Below are positions 13,634-24,554 of a DNA stretch of 64,000 nt, one piece after another; the stretch's first letter is position 1, and every line of letters starts with the position of its first letter. The translations under genes and the position numbers were made by a program. The stretch lies in the IMG/VR virus record IMGVR_UViG_3300045988_148355, positions 58,966 to 122,965 of that record; one strand, given 5' to 3'. Under the pieces are notes generated by a model. It was not told where the DNA came from. It worked only from the letters and a program-made list of their open reading frames with translations, and did no database searches. Origin of the DNA: a virus.

Positions 13634-14662
13634 ATGGCTCTATTTAAAATTTTAAAAGGAGACTCAAATAATTTAGTTTCCTATGACAATGCTGAAGTGG
13701 TTAATGGTAAAGTTCCTTTTCCTGCCTTGGGTTCAGGAAAAACTTTATTTACAACAATAGACAGTACTCCTATTACAGAAGGATATGCTTATTTCACAGA
13801 AGATACTCATAAATTTTATATTGATACTAAAGACAAAAGATTAAATTTATATACTGATCACTCGGATTATGCTACTTATGATGAAAATGGACGTAATTTA
13901 GCAGAATTATCAGAAGTATCTTATGAAAATATTGATGATACTGGAAGTAAAATTGGTACAATAAATATTAATGGAATTGAGCATAATGTTACTTGTCCTA
14001 CTAATATAGTAAACAAACCTATAAATAAATATGTGTTTACAGCAAAAGCAAACTAGAATACATTTACAATTCCTTTCGATTTTGATGATAGTAGCGCTTT
14101 AACTTTATATTATAATGGTATTATGTTAAAAGAAACAGATCATTATACCATTAAAGGAAAAGTTATTACTTTAAATGGATGGACTAGTGAAGCTAATGAT
14201 TATCTTGCGGTTATGGGTATTGAAGGAGCTGCCGCGATCAACGTAGATGAAAAAGTTGCTTAGATTTAGGAAGCAGTAGACAATGCTGAAGTAACTATTA
14301 ATAATAAAGTAAGTAGCGCTATTAAACAAATTGATGATAAATTAGCAACTGTTCCCGATGACGTAACACAAGCAATTTATAAAAATAAGTCTAATATAAT
14401 GACTAAAGATGGTAAAATTACCATGGATAATACTTATGTTCCTATCGCGGATATGGATTTAGCAACTAAAAAATATGTTGATAATGCCACACCTCCTACA
14501 GTTGGAACTACTACTGATTATTCTATTTATATTGGATCTACTCAACCCGCATCTGGGACCGCACCTTTAGTGTGGATAGATACAACTGCTAAAACTGGTA
14601 CTTTTAAATATAGAACTTCTACCACAGGCACTTGGACACCTGTTCCCGTGGCTTGGATTTAA
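13634..14662 (+). CDS. tail-fiber-like protein (~342 aa); N-terminus MALFKILKGDS...GYAYFTEDTHKFYID resembles the phage fiber N-terminal domain; three in-frame TAGs
   Basis: Track ORFs 13634..14056 and 14399..14662 are in the same frame. RBS aaaggag upstream. Stop TAA 14660. Confidence 0.5.
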
Positions 14663-14696
14663 TATAAATTTATTGTAAGAAAAAGGAGATAATATT

Positions 14697-15107
14697 ATGG
14701 ATCAAAATTTAATTAATCAGTTATTCCAAGTATGTTTGATTCCTATGCTTGGCGCTTTAACTACTTTTATAGTTATTTGGATTAAAGCAAAAAGTACAGA
14801 ATTACAAAAGAAAACTAATAATGATATTTTGAATAAATATGTACAAATGGCTACTGACACAATTACCAACTGTGTTATTGCCACTAATCAAACTTATGTA
14901 AATTCTCTTAAAGAGCAAGGTAAGTTTGATGAAGCTGCTCAAAAAGAAGCATTTTAGAGAACTTATCAAGCGGTATTACTTATTTTAAGTGATGACGCTA
15001 AAGAGTATTTAAATAATGCTTTTGGTGATTTGAATAAATATTTACAAGAAAAGATTGAATCTACAGTAAATAATTATCGTACTCCAAGTGATGATTTAAA
15101 ACAATAA
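14697..15107 (+). CDS. small membrane protein (single TM helix LIPMLGALTTFIVIWI); one in-frame TAG; TAA 15105
   Basis: Track ORF 14697..14957 extends through a TAG. Hydrophobic N-terminal segment followed by a charged tail. RBS aaaaggag upstream. Confidence 0.4.
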
Positions 15108-15111
15108 AAAT

Positions 15112-15152
15112 AAGGGAGACATTCTTAATTGAATGTCTCCCTTATTTTTTTT
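15112..15152. terminator. bidirectional rho-independent terminator between convergent transcripts
   Basis: Hairpin aagggagacattc-ttaatt-gaatgtctccctt. A-run on one side and a T10 run on the other. Confidence 0.6.
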
Positions 15153-15476
15153 TTATCTAAATGGATTTTTCCATCGTCGATTAATTTCTTCATAGCCTTT
15201 TTTAGGAAAGTATAAAACTTCACCATTTTTAAAAGTTAAATTATCTTTATTCATTATTTTAATTTGATTTAAATTAATAATTAAACTTGGTGGGATAAAG
15301 ACAAAATCTGGATGGTAAACTAAAGTCCCTATATAATTTTTAAAAGAAGTTTTTAAAGTTTTACTATTTAAAACCTCATTTTCTAAATGGCAACATAAAT
15401 TTCGTTTTTGGATGTCAGCATATAATACTTTATTCAAATCAATTTTTATTTCTCCATTAGGAGTGTCTAAATATTT
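15153..15476 (-). CDS. LytTR DNA-binding domain, reading frame offset -1 relative to the upstream REC domain ORF
   Basis: Track ORF 15153..15437 shows LytTR signatures: LYADIQ..., FVFIPPSLIINLNQI..., TFKNGEVLYF. Its frame is open upstream to ~15476, where the domain begins (EIKIDLNKVLY). Confidence 0.5.
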   Translation of the reverse strand, partial: KYLDTPNGEIKIDLNKVLYADIQKRNLCCHLENEVLNSKTLKTSFKNYIGTLVYHPDFVFIPPSLIINLNQIKIMNKDNLTFKNGEVLYFPKKGYEEINRRWKNPFR

Positions 15477-15808
15477 TTATATTCACGTCTTTTTTCTTCT
15501 CTAATTTCATGTAAAATAGAAAAAATTTTTTCTTTATTAACAGGTTTTTTGACAAAATTAAATGCTTTTACTTCATAAGAAGCCACTCCATAATTTATTT
15601 GAGAGGAAACAAAAATTATTTTTCCAATATAGCTATTTACTCTTAAGAGATGAGCTATTTCAATACCATCCATTTTTTTAAATGTAATTCCTAAAAAAAT
15701 TGCATCATAATCAATATTAGAGTTAATTAATTTTTCAGGATCGGTAAATTTATATACATATCCTGGTAAATTAAAATCTTTAAAATACTGATTTATTATT
15801 TCTTCCAA
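15446..15808 (-). CDS. response-regulator receiver (REC) domain protein; the track ORF ends at TAG 15467, and reading that TAG as sense gives TAA at 15446
   Basis: Motif DAIFLGITFKKMDGIEIAHLLR...IIFVSS matches REC beta3-alpha3, but the phosphoacceptor Asp is replaced by Gly (FLGI). Confidence 0.5.
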
Positions 15809-15949
15809 TGAGTCATTTTGCTAATCGCTATTGTCGCAAACACCTACGATAAAAATTTTAATCACCTTCATTTTGTTTATTTTAGAAAAAATTTTTCTAT
15901 CTTTATATTCTTTCTACATTATAATTATACAAAAATTTTTAAATATTGT

Positions 15950-16100
15950 AAAATAAAAAATTATAAAGTGTCAAATTTATTTAATTTTAAGTAAGTGAAA
16001 TTTTTATCCAAAAAGTGTCAGTAATTATAATATATTTACACAAAATAAAAGTTATATATTAATGAAAGGAAAAGATAAAACCTTTCATTAATATATTTCT
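15950..16100 (+). promoter_or_regulatory. AT-rich divergent promoter region with a repeated aaagtgtca motif and a hairpin immediately upstream of the RBS
   Basis: Intergenic region between the - strand regulator and the + strand genes. Candidate -10 TATAAT at ~16027. Hairpin tgaaagg...cctttca at ~16061-16088. Confidence 0.25.
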
Positions 16101-16114
16101 CCGGAGGTAATAAC

Positions 16115-16561
16115 ATGAATACTTATGGTTATCCATAGCAGTAGTATCCAATAGGTAATAATAGACCTATTTATGGAACAACTGCTACACCTGTGATTCA
16201 AAACAATACTGCATAGCGAATTAGACCTGTTGCTTCTTTAGAAGAGGTTCGAGCTATGAGTATAGATTTTGATGGTTCAGTTTTTTATTTTCCCGACTAT
16301 GCTAATCGTAGAATTTATACAAAACAAATAAATATGGATGGAACGGCTTCTATTAATATGTATGAATTAAAGGAAATCCCGAATTCTTCTTAGCCTAACA
16401 ATGATTATATAACACGAGAAGAATTCAATACTACTCTAACTTCTATTAAAGAAGTATTCGCATAGATCATGGGATCTAATAACGCGGTTGCGCCGTCTCA
16501 GGGGGCGGATTAGCCAGCTCAATAGCAACCAGTAGAGAGCAAACCGCAGTTTAATTTTTAA
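16115..16561 (+). CDS. Gln-rich hypothetical protein (YPQQQYP and PAQQQPVE once TAG is read as Q); 8 in-frame TAGs
   Basis: RBS ggagg then ATG. The frame is open to TAA 16559 only if TAG is read as sense. Confidence 0.45.
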
Positions 16562-16573
16562 GGAGAGTTTCAA

Positions 16574-16822
16574 ATGATGCAATCAATGAATCCAATGCAG
16601 ATTATTGCTATGATTAAAAACGGTCAAAATCCATAGCAATTAGTTTTATCTATGCTTGAAAATCAAATGGGTGGAACGCCAATGGGTAATAATTTATTAC
16701 AAATGGCACGGAACGGTCAATCCGATGACATTGAAAAATTTGCTCGTAATTTGTTTGAATCAAGAGGCTTGAATTTCGATAAAGAATTTAATAGTTTTAA
16801 GTCCCAAATGGGGTTTAAATAA
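16574..16822 (+). CDS. small hypothetical protein (82 aa, one TAG)
   Basis: RBS aaggagag then ATG ATG. Stop TAA 16820. Confidence 0.4.
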
Positions 16823-16848
16823 ATAAAATTATAGAAAGAGGTTTTGTT

Positions 16849-17730
16849 ATGTTTAATTACAATTATCCGATGAGCACGCCGAATTATTCATTATCTGATA
16901 TTGCTGCGGCTTCTGGAAATGGCTATCGTAATAATGATGGCGGAATGTGGGGAGACGGAGCATGGTGGATTATTATCCTGTTCTTATTCTGCTTCAATGG
17001 TTGGGGCGGTAATGGCTGGGGTAATAATGGTGCTAATGGTTCTGGTTTCCAAGGCACTACAACCAGAGAAGAAATTGGTTATGGCTTTAACATGAGCGAT
17101 CTTAAATCTGGGGTTAACGGTTTAGCTTCTAGCCTTTGTAATGGTTTTAGTGGAGTAAATACTAATCTTTTAAGTGGCTTTGCTAATCTTGCTGAAACTA
17201 ATAATGCTAATACTCGCACTTTACAGAGTGATATCTGTAATATGGGTATGAATAATATGCAAAATACCTTTAGTATCACTCAGGCTATTAATGCTGATAC
17301 TGTAGCAAGTATGCAGAATACTAATAATTTAACTCAGCAATTAAATAATATGGCAGCTACTAATGCTCAATGTTGCTGCGAGAATAAACAGTTAATTCAA
17401 TCTAGCTTTGCTGATCTTAATTACAATCTCGCTAGTATCGCTTGCCAGAATCGTTAGGCTACCGTTGATGGTGTCCGCGATATTATTGACAACAATAATG
17501 CTAATATGCGTTCTATTCTTGACTTCCTTGTTCAAGATAAAATTGAGACTCTTACCAGCGAAAATAGCACTCTTAAAAATTAGATTTCTCAAAATCTTCA
17601 AAATGCTTATCTTATTGATCAGTTGTCTCCAAAAGCAACTCCTGCTTATATTGTTGCTAATCCTTATACCGGTGTTAGCTATACCAGTTATGGATGGGGA
17701 TATGGTTCAGGATGCGGTTGCAATTCCTGA
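16849..17730 (+). CDS. Gly/Asn-rich structural protein (GWGGNGWGNNGANGSG) with a Cys-rich C-terminus; two TAGs; TGA 17728
   Basis: Track ORF 16849..17457 continues in frame through TAGs at 17455 and ~17581. Confidence 0.45.
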
Positions 17731-17751
17731 TTGAAGAAAGAAGGTTAAATT

Positions 17752-18174
17752 ATGGAAATAACGGCTAATGCTTTACAATCAGTCGCTACTGGTTCTAATG
17801 TAGTATTTACTAACATCGCTGTTGCTGGAAACTATTCCATAATGTATCGCGAGGGTAGCGGTTTAGTTACCCTCCGCGGTCTTACGAACGGTCAGCGCAG
17901 AGCTCGTTTCCGCATTTCATTTGGAGGTAATATAGGACTTCCAACTACTGGAACTGCGGGAGCTATTTCTTTGGCTATAGCCATTAATGGAGAGCCAGTT
18001 ACTACTTCTACGATGATTTCTACTCCTACGGCTACTGGACAGTTTAATAATGTTTCACGTGCTTTATTCCTCGATGTGTTAGGCGGTTGTTGCACTCAAA
18101 TTAGTATTGAAAACACGAGTTCATAGGCTATTGATGTTGAAAACGCTAGCTTAATTATCGAGAGAGTGGCATAA
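17752..18174 (+). CDS. C1q/BclA-C-terminal-like jellyroll protein (putative capsid or fiber decoration); one TAG
   Basis: Segment ISFGGNIGLPTTGTAGAISLAIAINGEPVTTSTM resembles BclA/C1q-type trimeric domains. Track ORF 17752..18126 extends through a TAG to TAA 18172. Confidence 0.4.
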
Positions 18175-18187
18175 GGAGGTTTTTTAA

Positions 18188-18421
18188 ATGTGTGATAAAT
18201 TCCAAGAAATTAAAAAACAATTATTAGCTCAAGTAGAAAGCCAAATGGCTCATTTAGAATGTGTTGATACAAAGGAAATGGGCGAAGTAATAGATATGAT
18301 AAAAGACCTTGAAGAGGCTATTTATTATTGTACTATTACTGAAGCTATGAATGAATTACCTGAAACCACACATTATTATACTGAAAAATATAAATCTCCT
18401 CATAAAAAAAAGAATCTATAA
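18188..18421 (+). CDS. hypothetical protein
   Basis: RBS aaggagg then ATG. Standard TAA stop. Confidence 0.4.
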   Translation: MCDKFQEIKKQLLAQVESQMAHLECVDTKEMGEVIDMIKDLEEAIYYCTITEAMNELPETTHYYTEKYKSPHKKKNL

Positions 18422-18425
18422 ACCT

Positions 18426-18734
18426 ATGACATATGATTATGATTGGGAAGATTATGATTATGATGAGCATGAATATGAAATGCCAACGAGTGGAAAATCT
18501 CATGAAACCCATGATAGTAGAGAAGGGCGTAGTGGTATTCATAGAAAGATGTATATAGAAGCCAAAGAACTTCATAAAGATAAGAGTGTTTAGATAAAAG
18601 AATTAGATAAGTATCTTCAAGAATTAAGCTCTGATATAGTAGAAATGATTGAAGATGCATCTAATGATGAACGTTCTTATATGGAGAAGAAAATTTAGGC
18701 TTTAGCATCTAAAATTGGATCTATGAATGGTTAA
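18426..18734 (+). CDS. acidic hypothetical protein (two TAGs)
   Basis: ATG 18426. Same frame as track ORF 18351..18593. Open through TAGs to TAA 18732. Confidence 0.35.
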
Positions 18735-19026
18735 TATTAATAATAGGAATTGGAGGATACTATTAGTATCTTCCAATCATCCTATGTTGATGCGACCTTC
18801 TGGAATATATACTTTAGGTTCTTGCGATGATCCTACTTCAACAATTTATATTAATGAAAATGTTAGTAATAAAAAATTAAAAAAAGTATTAGCACATGAA
18901 CTAACTCACGCTGCTATTTTTAGCTATAATATTTCATTAAAACCAGAAGAAGAAGAATTGATTGCGGATTTGGTGGGAACTTATGGTGAAGAAATTATAA
19001 ATAATACTAATCTTTTATTTAAATAG
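18727..19026 (+). CDS. SprT-like zinc metallopeptidase domain protein (HELTHA motif); ends at TAG 19024 or, with TAG read through, at TGA 19045
   Basis: HExxH motif in the context VLAHELTHAAIFSY. Confidence 0.4.
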   Translation: MVNINNRNWRILLVSSNHPMLMRPSGIYTLGSCDDPTSTIYINENVSNKKLKKVLAHELTHAAIFSYNISLKPEEEELIADLVGTYGEEIINNTNLLFK

Positions 19027-19034
19027 ATAAAAAA

Positions 19035-19080
19035 AATAAGGGAATGAAACTATTTTTGTTTCATTCCCTTATTTTTTTTT
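19035..19080. terminator. bidirectional rho-independent terminator
   Basis: Hairpin aataagggaatgaaac / gtttcattcccttatt followed by a T10 run, between convergent genes. Confidence 0.6.
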
Positions 19081-19081
19081 A

Positions 19082-19510
19082 TTAGTCTTTAAGCGGTAAT
19101 TTTAAAGTCCTTTCATAGTACTCTTTAGCCTATCCATTTCCACCTAAACCTGCATATACTTTAAAGAATTCGACTAACTATTCATACTGTCCTGAAGTCA
19201 TATATCCCTGTTTTAAGAAACTTTGACATAATTGAATTAATCTAAATCTATAAGAAGCAAGAATTATTTCAATATATCTCTCACTAATCTTCTTTTCTTC
19301 TAATACGAAAGATCTTAAATTATTTAGATCTTCTTTAATTGGAGCTATGTGTTCTTCAATTAATTCTTCTAATTGTTCATCTTTCTTTTCCTCTGCCAAT
19401 TTTTGATACATTTTCATTTGAGTATAAATATATCTACAAAAGGCTAAGAGGCCAGCAGAAATAAGACCAAAAAATATTTCTATAAAATGCTAGGCAATAA
19501 AAGTAGACAT
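19082..19510 (-). CDS. membrane-anchored hypothetical protein (N-terminal TM helix, three in-frame TAGs, stop TAA 19082)
   Basis: Track ORF 19178..19417 extends upstream to an ATG at ~19508 (RBS ggaaggagg). Downstream it runs through TAG 19178 and TAG 19130 to a TAA abutting the terminator. Confidence 0.4.
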
Positions 19511-19587
19511 AAAAAATACCTCCTTCCATTAACTTCTAATATATTTTAAAAGAAAGGAAGGAGGATTATTTATTTAAGGCCTATTTA

Positions 19588-20100
19588 TTATTCCCAATTA
19601 AAATCATTATTGGAACTTTCTTTCGTAAAATATGCGGTATATAAACATATAGCATCACATATATCATCATTGGCTTTTATATTATATTTTTGCTATACAA
19701 AATCAATATCGGCTTGTTTGAGAGTTTCACGTTTAATACTGCGACCGGTTTTAATTCCAAGTTTTTTGCGCCACTCGCTAGCCTACATTAACTCTAATGT
19801 TTTGGAAGTAAATGAAGAATTAACTCCGTGCGCTCCTAGCATTACTGCTCCTTGAAGCCACATTAATAAACGTGAAGTGTCAGAATACCCATAAGTTTCA
19901 GGATGAACATCTTCCGCTACTATCTTTTCTATATTATATTTTTTTACTAACTCAACAATCTAATTTTGTATTTTTTGTATTCTATCTAAATTATTAGAGG
20001 AAATCGCGGTTAGCAGTCCATAATCTAACATTTCTCCCTCGCTATTAGATACACAATAACCAGTAGATTTAGTAGATAAATCTAAAAAGAGGATATTCAA
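19588..20100 (-). CDS. ruvC: RuvC-like Holliday junction resolvase (phage-type); TTG start; three in-frame TAGs
   Basis: Motifs LFLDLSTKSTGYCV and C-terminal NDDICDAICL. RBS ggagg. The ORF track misses this gene because of the TAGs. Confidence 0.55.
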
Positions 20101-20133
20101 GTAATTACCTCCTTTCTTTAAGGTTTGAGGTAA

Positions 20134-20652
20134 TTACTTTGAAGTTGAGCCAAATCCTCCAAGGCGATCACCAGAAGCATTATCATCTTCGGTGATTAAA
20201 TAAGGTTTAATAATACCTTGACCAATAACATCACCTTTATGAAGTTGAATATCAAAAGGAGATAAATTAATCATTTGAAAATAAATATGTCCTTCATTAT
20301 CAGAATTATTATAATAATCTGCATCAATAATTCCTACACCATTGGCAAGAATAAGCCAATATTTTAAAGGACAAGAACTACGAACTGATAATTCAAGATA
20401 TGTATTATCATTTAATTCACATTTAATTCCAGTAGGCACAAGAGTTGGTTTTGCTTTAAGATTTTTTGTCATATTACCCATATCTTCAAGAGAAATTGAA
20501 TCAAAATAACGTGTTGGAAATCTATTTAACAAATTCTTGTATGCTGGAATTACAATATCTTCCGCTACTGTAAAATCGTAGCCTGCGGATTTTGCTGTTT
20601 TTCTTACAGGCAAAACCGCATCAGGATATTTGCTTACTCGTTCAAACTTCAT
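20134..20652 (-). CDS. dut: dUTP diphosphatase
   Basis: dUTPase motifs AGYDF, LVPTGI, GVIDADY and RLGGFGSTSK. Confidence 0.75.
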   Translation of the reverse strand: MKFERVSKYPDAVLPVRKTAKSAGYDFTVAEDIVIPAYKNLLNRFPTRYFDSISLEDMGNMTKNLKAKPTLVPTGIKCELNDNTYLELSVRSSCPLKYWLILANGVGIIDADYYNNSDNEGHIYFQMINLSPFDIQLHKGDVIGQGIIKPYLITEDDNASGDRLGGFGSTSK

Positions 20653-20900
20653 TAAAAGCTTACCTCATAATTTACATCAATATTACTAATAGGATCTTTT
20701 TCATCATTGAATTTCTTAACAAGAGTGACTTGATACCATTCATCGACAATTTCACCCTTAGCCTTTTTTTCTTTCTTTACTGAACTATACTTAGCTAAAA
20801 TATATTTAGTTTCAGCCTTAGCCTCATCAATAAGCGCGGCCGCACTTTCCTCATTATCTACACGATAAACTTCTGTAGCACTTACAAGATACTTATTCAT
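20652..20900 (-). CDS. hypothetical protein
   Basis: Track ORF with a TAA stop. Confidence 0.3.
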   Translation of the reverse strand: MNKYLVSATEVYRVDNEESAAALIDEAKAETKYILAKYSSVKKEKKAKGEIVDEWYQVTLVKKFNDEKDPISNIDVNYEVSF

Positions 20901-21160
20901 TAACCTACCTCAACTTTAATTTCTTTTCTATTGGAATAATTTAAACTATTACTTTCATAAATTTTTGGAATTAATTCATTAATAAAATCTTCAATACCAT
21001 ATAAACGTATAGTATCAGTATCGTTCTTATAACAAGATGCTACTAAAACATTTGGAAGATCAGAAATACTACAAGTTCCAATAGTTACTGCCATTCCGTC
21101 ATCATAAGTTTTAAAAACATTTTGTTCCATTGAAAATAAATTAATATTACAAACAATCAT
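20900..21160 (-). CDS. hypothetical protein
   Basis: Track ORF. Confidence 0.3.
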   Translation of the reverse strand: MIVCNINLFSMEQNVFKTYDDGMAVTIGTCSISDLPNVLVASCYKNDTDTIRLYGIEDFINELIPKIYESNSLNYSNRKEIKVEVG

Positions 21161-21694
21161 TTAATTACACTCCACAATACCAGCATCATATTGGAATAAA
21201 TAAAAACAATAAGATTCATTATCAATATTTATCCAAATTTCAATAGCGCCATCATTATTTTTTTCCCAACCAACAATACTTCCTAATTCTTGACAAAGTA
21301 TAATTACCATACTCGCTACAGAACCAGTTGAAATAATTGGAGGAATATTTTTGTGAAAAATGGTATAATAATTATAATCTTTACATAATAACATATAATA
21401 CATTCCATATTCACTCATTTCATTGATACTACTCATTAATTTATTTAATTCTTCTTCATTGATTGGATTCATTTGTATCATAATATTTTTATTAAAATCA
21501 TATAAATTCATTCCAGTTTGAAATGTAGTAGAATTATCTGATAAACTGTTAGTAGTAGTTCCTATCATTACCCATTCATTTCCCGTGTAATAATATTGTT
21601 TCTGATCTTCACCAGAAATGGCAATAGTTCCTTCTTCGAATTTACGAGGAGAATTATATAATTCTCCCATTGTATTAGTATAAAAAACATTCAT
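21161..21694 (-). CDS. hypothetical protein
   Basis: Track ORF. Confidence 0.3.
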   Translation of the reverse strand: MNVFYTNTMGELYNSPRKFEEGTIAISGEDQKQYYYTGNEWVMIGTTTNSLSDNSTTFQTGMNLYDFNKNIMIQMNPINEEELNKLMSSINEMSEYGMYYMLLCKDYNYYTIFHKNIPPIISTGSVASMVIILCQELGSIVGWEKNNDGAIEIWINIDNESYCFYLFQYDAGIVECN

Positions 21695-21775
21695 CGTTAT
21701 ATAATCTCCTATCTATTTCATAGAAAAATTATATCACAAATTTTCTTTTTTGTCAAGTTTTAAATTAATAATGTT

Positions 21776-22228
21776 CTAATTGCGGGAACCGCGCAAAGGT
21801 AAAGTAATATCCCTTTCCTTTTGGATATATGGTCCATCAATTAGATAATCAGCGGTTTTTAGTATATTCTTAATTCTAATATTATTACTATTCTTTAAAT
21901 CATCGTAAACATATCCAGTCCATATATATATTTTAATGTTTGGATATATTTTTTTAATTTCAGTAATAACTAAATTAGTTAAAAATTCGTTTTCAGGGCA
22001 GAGAGGTTCTCCACCCATAATACAAAGATTGCGCTCAACATTATTTGCATTAATAGCAGTAATTAATTCATCTAATACTTTATTAGTAAATTCTTTACCG
22101 CCATTAAAATCCCACGTTTCAAGATTCTGACATCCTTCACAATGGTGCGGACACCCTTGTGTAAAAAATGATACACATACTCCGGGTGCCGCTGCCAAAT
22201 CATTCTTTATAATTCCTGCATATTTCAT
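21776..22228 (-). CDS. nrdG: anaerobic ribonucleotide reductase activating protein (radical SAM); terminates at TAG 21776
   Basis: Cluster CPHHCEGC matching CxxxCxxC. Size matches NrdG. Readthrough of the TAG would add 13 low-complexity codons before a TGA. Confidence 0.75.
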   Translation of the reverse strand: MKYAGIIKNDLAAAPGVCVSFFTQGCPHHCEGCQNLETWDFNGGKEFTNKVLDELITAINANNVERNLCIMGGEPLCPENEFLTNLVITEIKKIYPNIKIYIWTGYVYDDLKNSNNIRIKNILKTADYLIDGPYIQKERDITLPLRGSRN

Positions 22229-24495
22229 TCTAATGCTCCTGTATGTTTTACTCTTGCTTCGACTTCTTTTTGTTTACCCCAGTTAAAAGCAGTTTTATAA
22301 TTGCCTGTAAGATAGCCAGTTACACGACGTAATTGTTGAATATTGTGGCTCCCGCACTCAGGACAAGAATCATTAAATTCATCACAATAACCACATTCAA
22401 GGCAAGTATCATTAGGAACATTTACTGCGAAATAAGGAATATCTTTATCCATTGCATAATTAACGATAGTTTCAAGAGCATCAATATTATGTTTTACAGT
22501 AGAATCAAGTTCGACATAGGTAATACATCCCGCAGAAGAATAACCAGTTAACTCAGATTCGATATCAATTTTATCAAAAGGACTCATTTCTTTCCATACT
22601 GGAACGTGAATACTATTGGTAAAAAATTCTTTATCACTAACATTAGGAATTTCGCCATATCTTTCTTTAAATTTTGTCATAGCTGTATAACATAAATTTT
22701 CTGCGGGCGTATAGTATACACCAAAATTTAATTTATATTTTTCTTTATATTCAGCGCATCTTTCTTTAAATAATTGTTCAATTTGTTTAGCTAATTCCAT
22801 TCCTTCTGAAGTGGTATGGTCTTTACCAATGAGAATTTGAAGAGTTTCTGCCAAACCTAACTGACCAATAGCAAGAGTTCCATGTTTAAGAGCAGAACGA
22901 ATTCCCTCTTCTGGGATATAGCCTGCCATAACATTATTTTCATACATAAATTTCGCGGAGCCTGGATCTTGAGAACAAATCCATTCAAAACGTTCCATTA
23001 ATTGAATACGTGCTTCATTGATTTTTCTATCGAGTAAAGACATAAATCGTTCTACGCCAATTTTAGTCCGCTCTTCTTGAGACAATGATTTATAGTCATC
23101 CCAATTATCATTTTCATTTAGAGTAACGGCCATCATTGCAAGAGTTGGAAGAATAATAGTAACTGGACAAATATTTCCACGTCCATCTTTAAGCTGGCCG
23201 AATCCATTAATATCCCATCCATTCGCAGTTCTACATCCCATTGTGGAAAAATAAGTGCGAGGATCATTAATATCATATCCCGCATTACCAGACCAATCAA
23301 CATTTGCATAATTAGGATAAAGGCGTCTCGCGGTGCTTTCTAATGCTAATCTATATAAATCATAGTTAGGATCACCAGGTTTACGGTTAACACTTTTCAT
23401 ACATTGGAAAATTCCACAGGGAAAAATTGAAGTCTTATGCAATTTACCAAGACCTTCAATGGAGACGTCTAATAATGCCTTAGTTACCATTCTACCTTCA
23501 GACTTGGTGCAAGTGCCATAGTTAATGCTTGTAAATGGTAATTGGTTACCACTACGAGATTGTAAAGTATTAAGATTATGATAAAGACCTTCTGCAGCTT
23601 GATGAGTCTCACGAGTAGTCATTTTCATAGCATACTTATATGCTTTTGGAAATGATTTATAAAAATCATCATCAATAGGAGTTTCTTTACTATAACAACC
23701 ATCATACTTACTCATATCTAATCCTTCATATAAAAATTCAATACCATCATTGAAATGTTTAAAGAAAGATTTTCTTACATAAGGAACCATAGTCCAATCT
23801 AAGTGAGTGGCACTAACTCCGCCAAACTAACAAAGACTTTGGATTTGAAAAATAACAGCAATTAATTGAAATGCTGTATTAATTGAGCCTGCTGGACGAA
23901 CATCTGCTTGACGAGTATTAAATCCATTAGCAAGCAAATCATCAAAAGGAATACTTAAACAGTTATGAGAACCGACATAATAAGAATCAAGATCGTGAGT
24001 ATAAATAATATTATCAATATGGTTCTTACGAGCCATAGGTGAAAGTAAATAATCAAGTGCAAGTTGTTTGGTGACAACACTACTTGCTTCACCTATACGA
24101 CCACCAAATGAATGTTCATCAACGTTAGCATTTTGATTTTTTACATTATTACCATCAAGTTTTTCACGAATGGCTTTAATAAAATCATCTTTTTTATTAC
24201 GAGCAACTTCTTTCTTATATCTATATCTGATATAAGCACGAGCAACATCGCGTCGCTCAGAACGCATTAGATAATCTTCAATCCAATCTTGAAGATCTTC
24301 TACTCCAACACTTCCATCAGGGAAATGATTTATTTGTCTTTCAATGTCTTCTGCGATATCTTTTGCGGTATCATCTTCATATAGTTTACCATCAACTTCA
24401 ATAAATGCTTTATTTATTGCGTTAATAATTTTCTTTTTATTAAATTGAGTTATACTTCCATCACGTTTAATAATATACAATTTTTTTGCCTCCAA
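22225..24495 (-). CDS. nrdD: anaerobic ribonucleoside-triphosphate reductase NrdD, a single ~755-codon gene with one in-frame TAG at 23827-23829
   Basis: Track ORFs 23827..24495 (ATP-cone, N-terminal region) and 22225..23790 (glycyl-radical C-terminus, CxxC and RVTGY) are in the same frame. They are joined by TAG plus 12 sense codons. Stop TGA overlaps the nrdG start. Confidence 0.85.
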
Positions 24496-24554
24496 ACTAA
24501 ATATAGTAGTTCTTTTAGAATATTCTACTATATTTAGGTTTTGTTAGTAAATAA

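Noticed and set aside
23791-23829. NrdD split into two genes (as in the ORF track) or a self-splicing intron/intein in nrdD as in T4.
   Set aside because: The two parts are in the same frame and the 39 nt between them are sense codons after a single TAG. There is no insert of intron or intein size.
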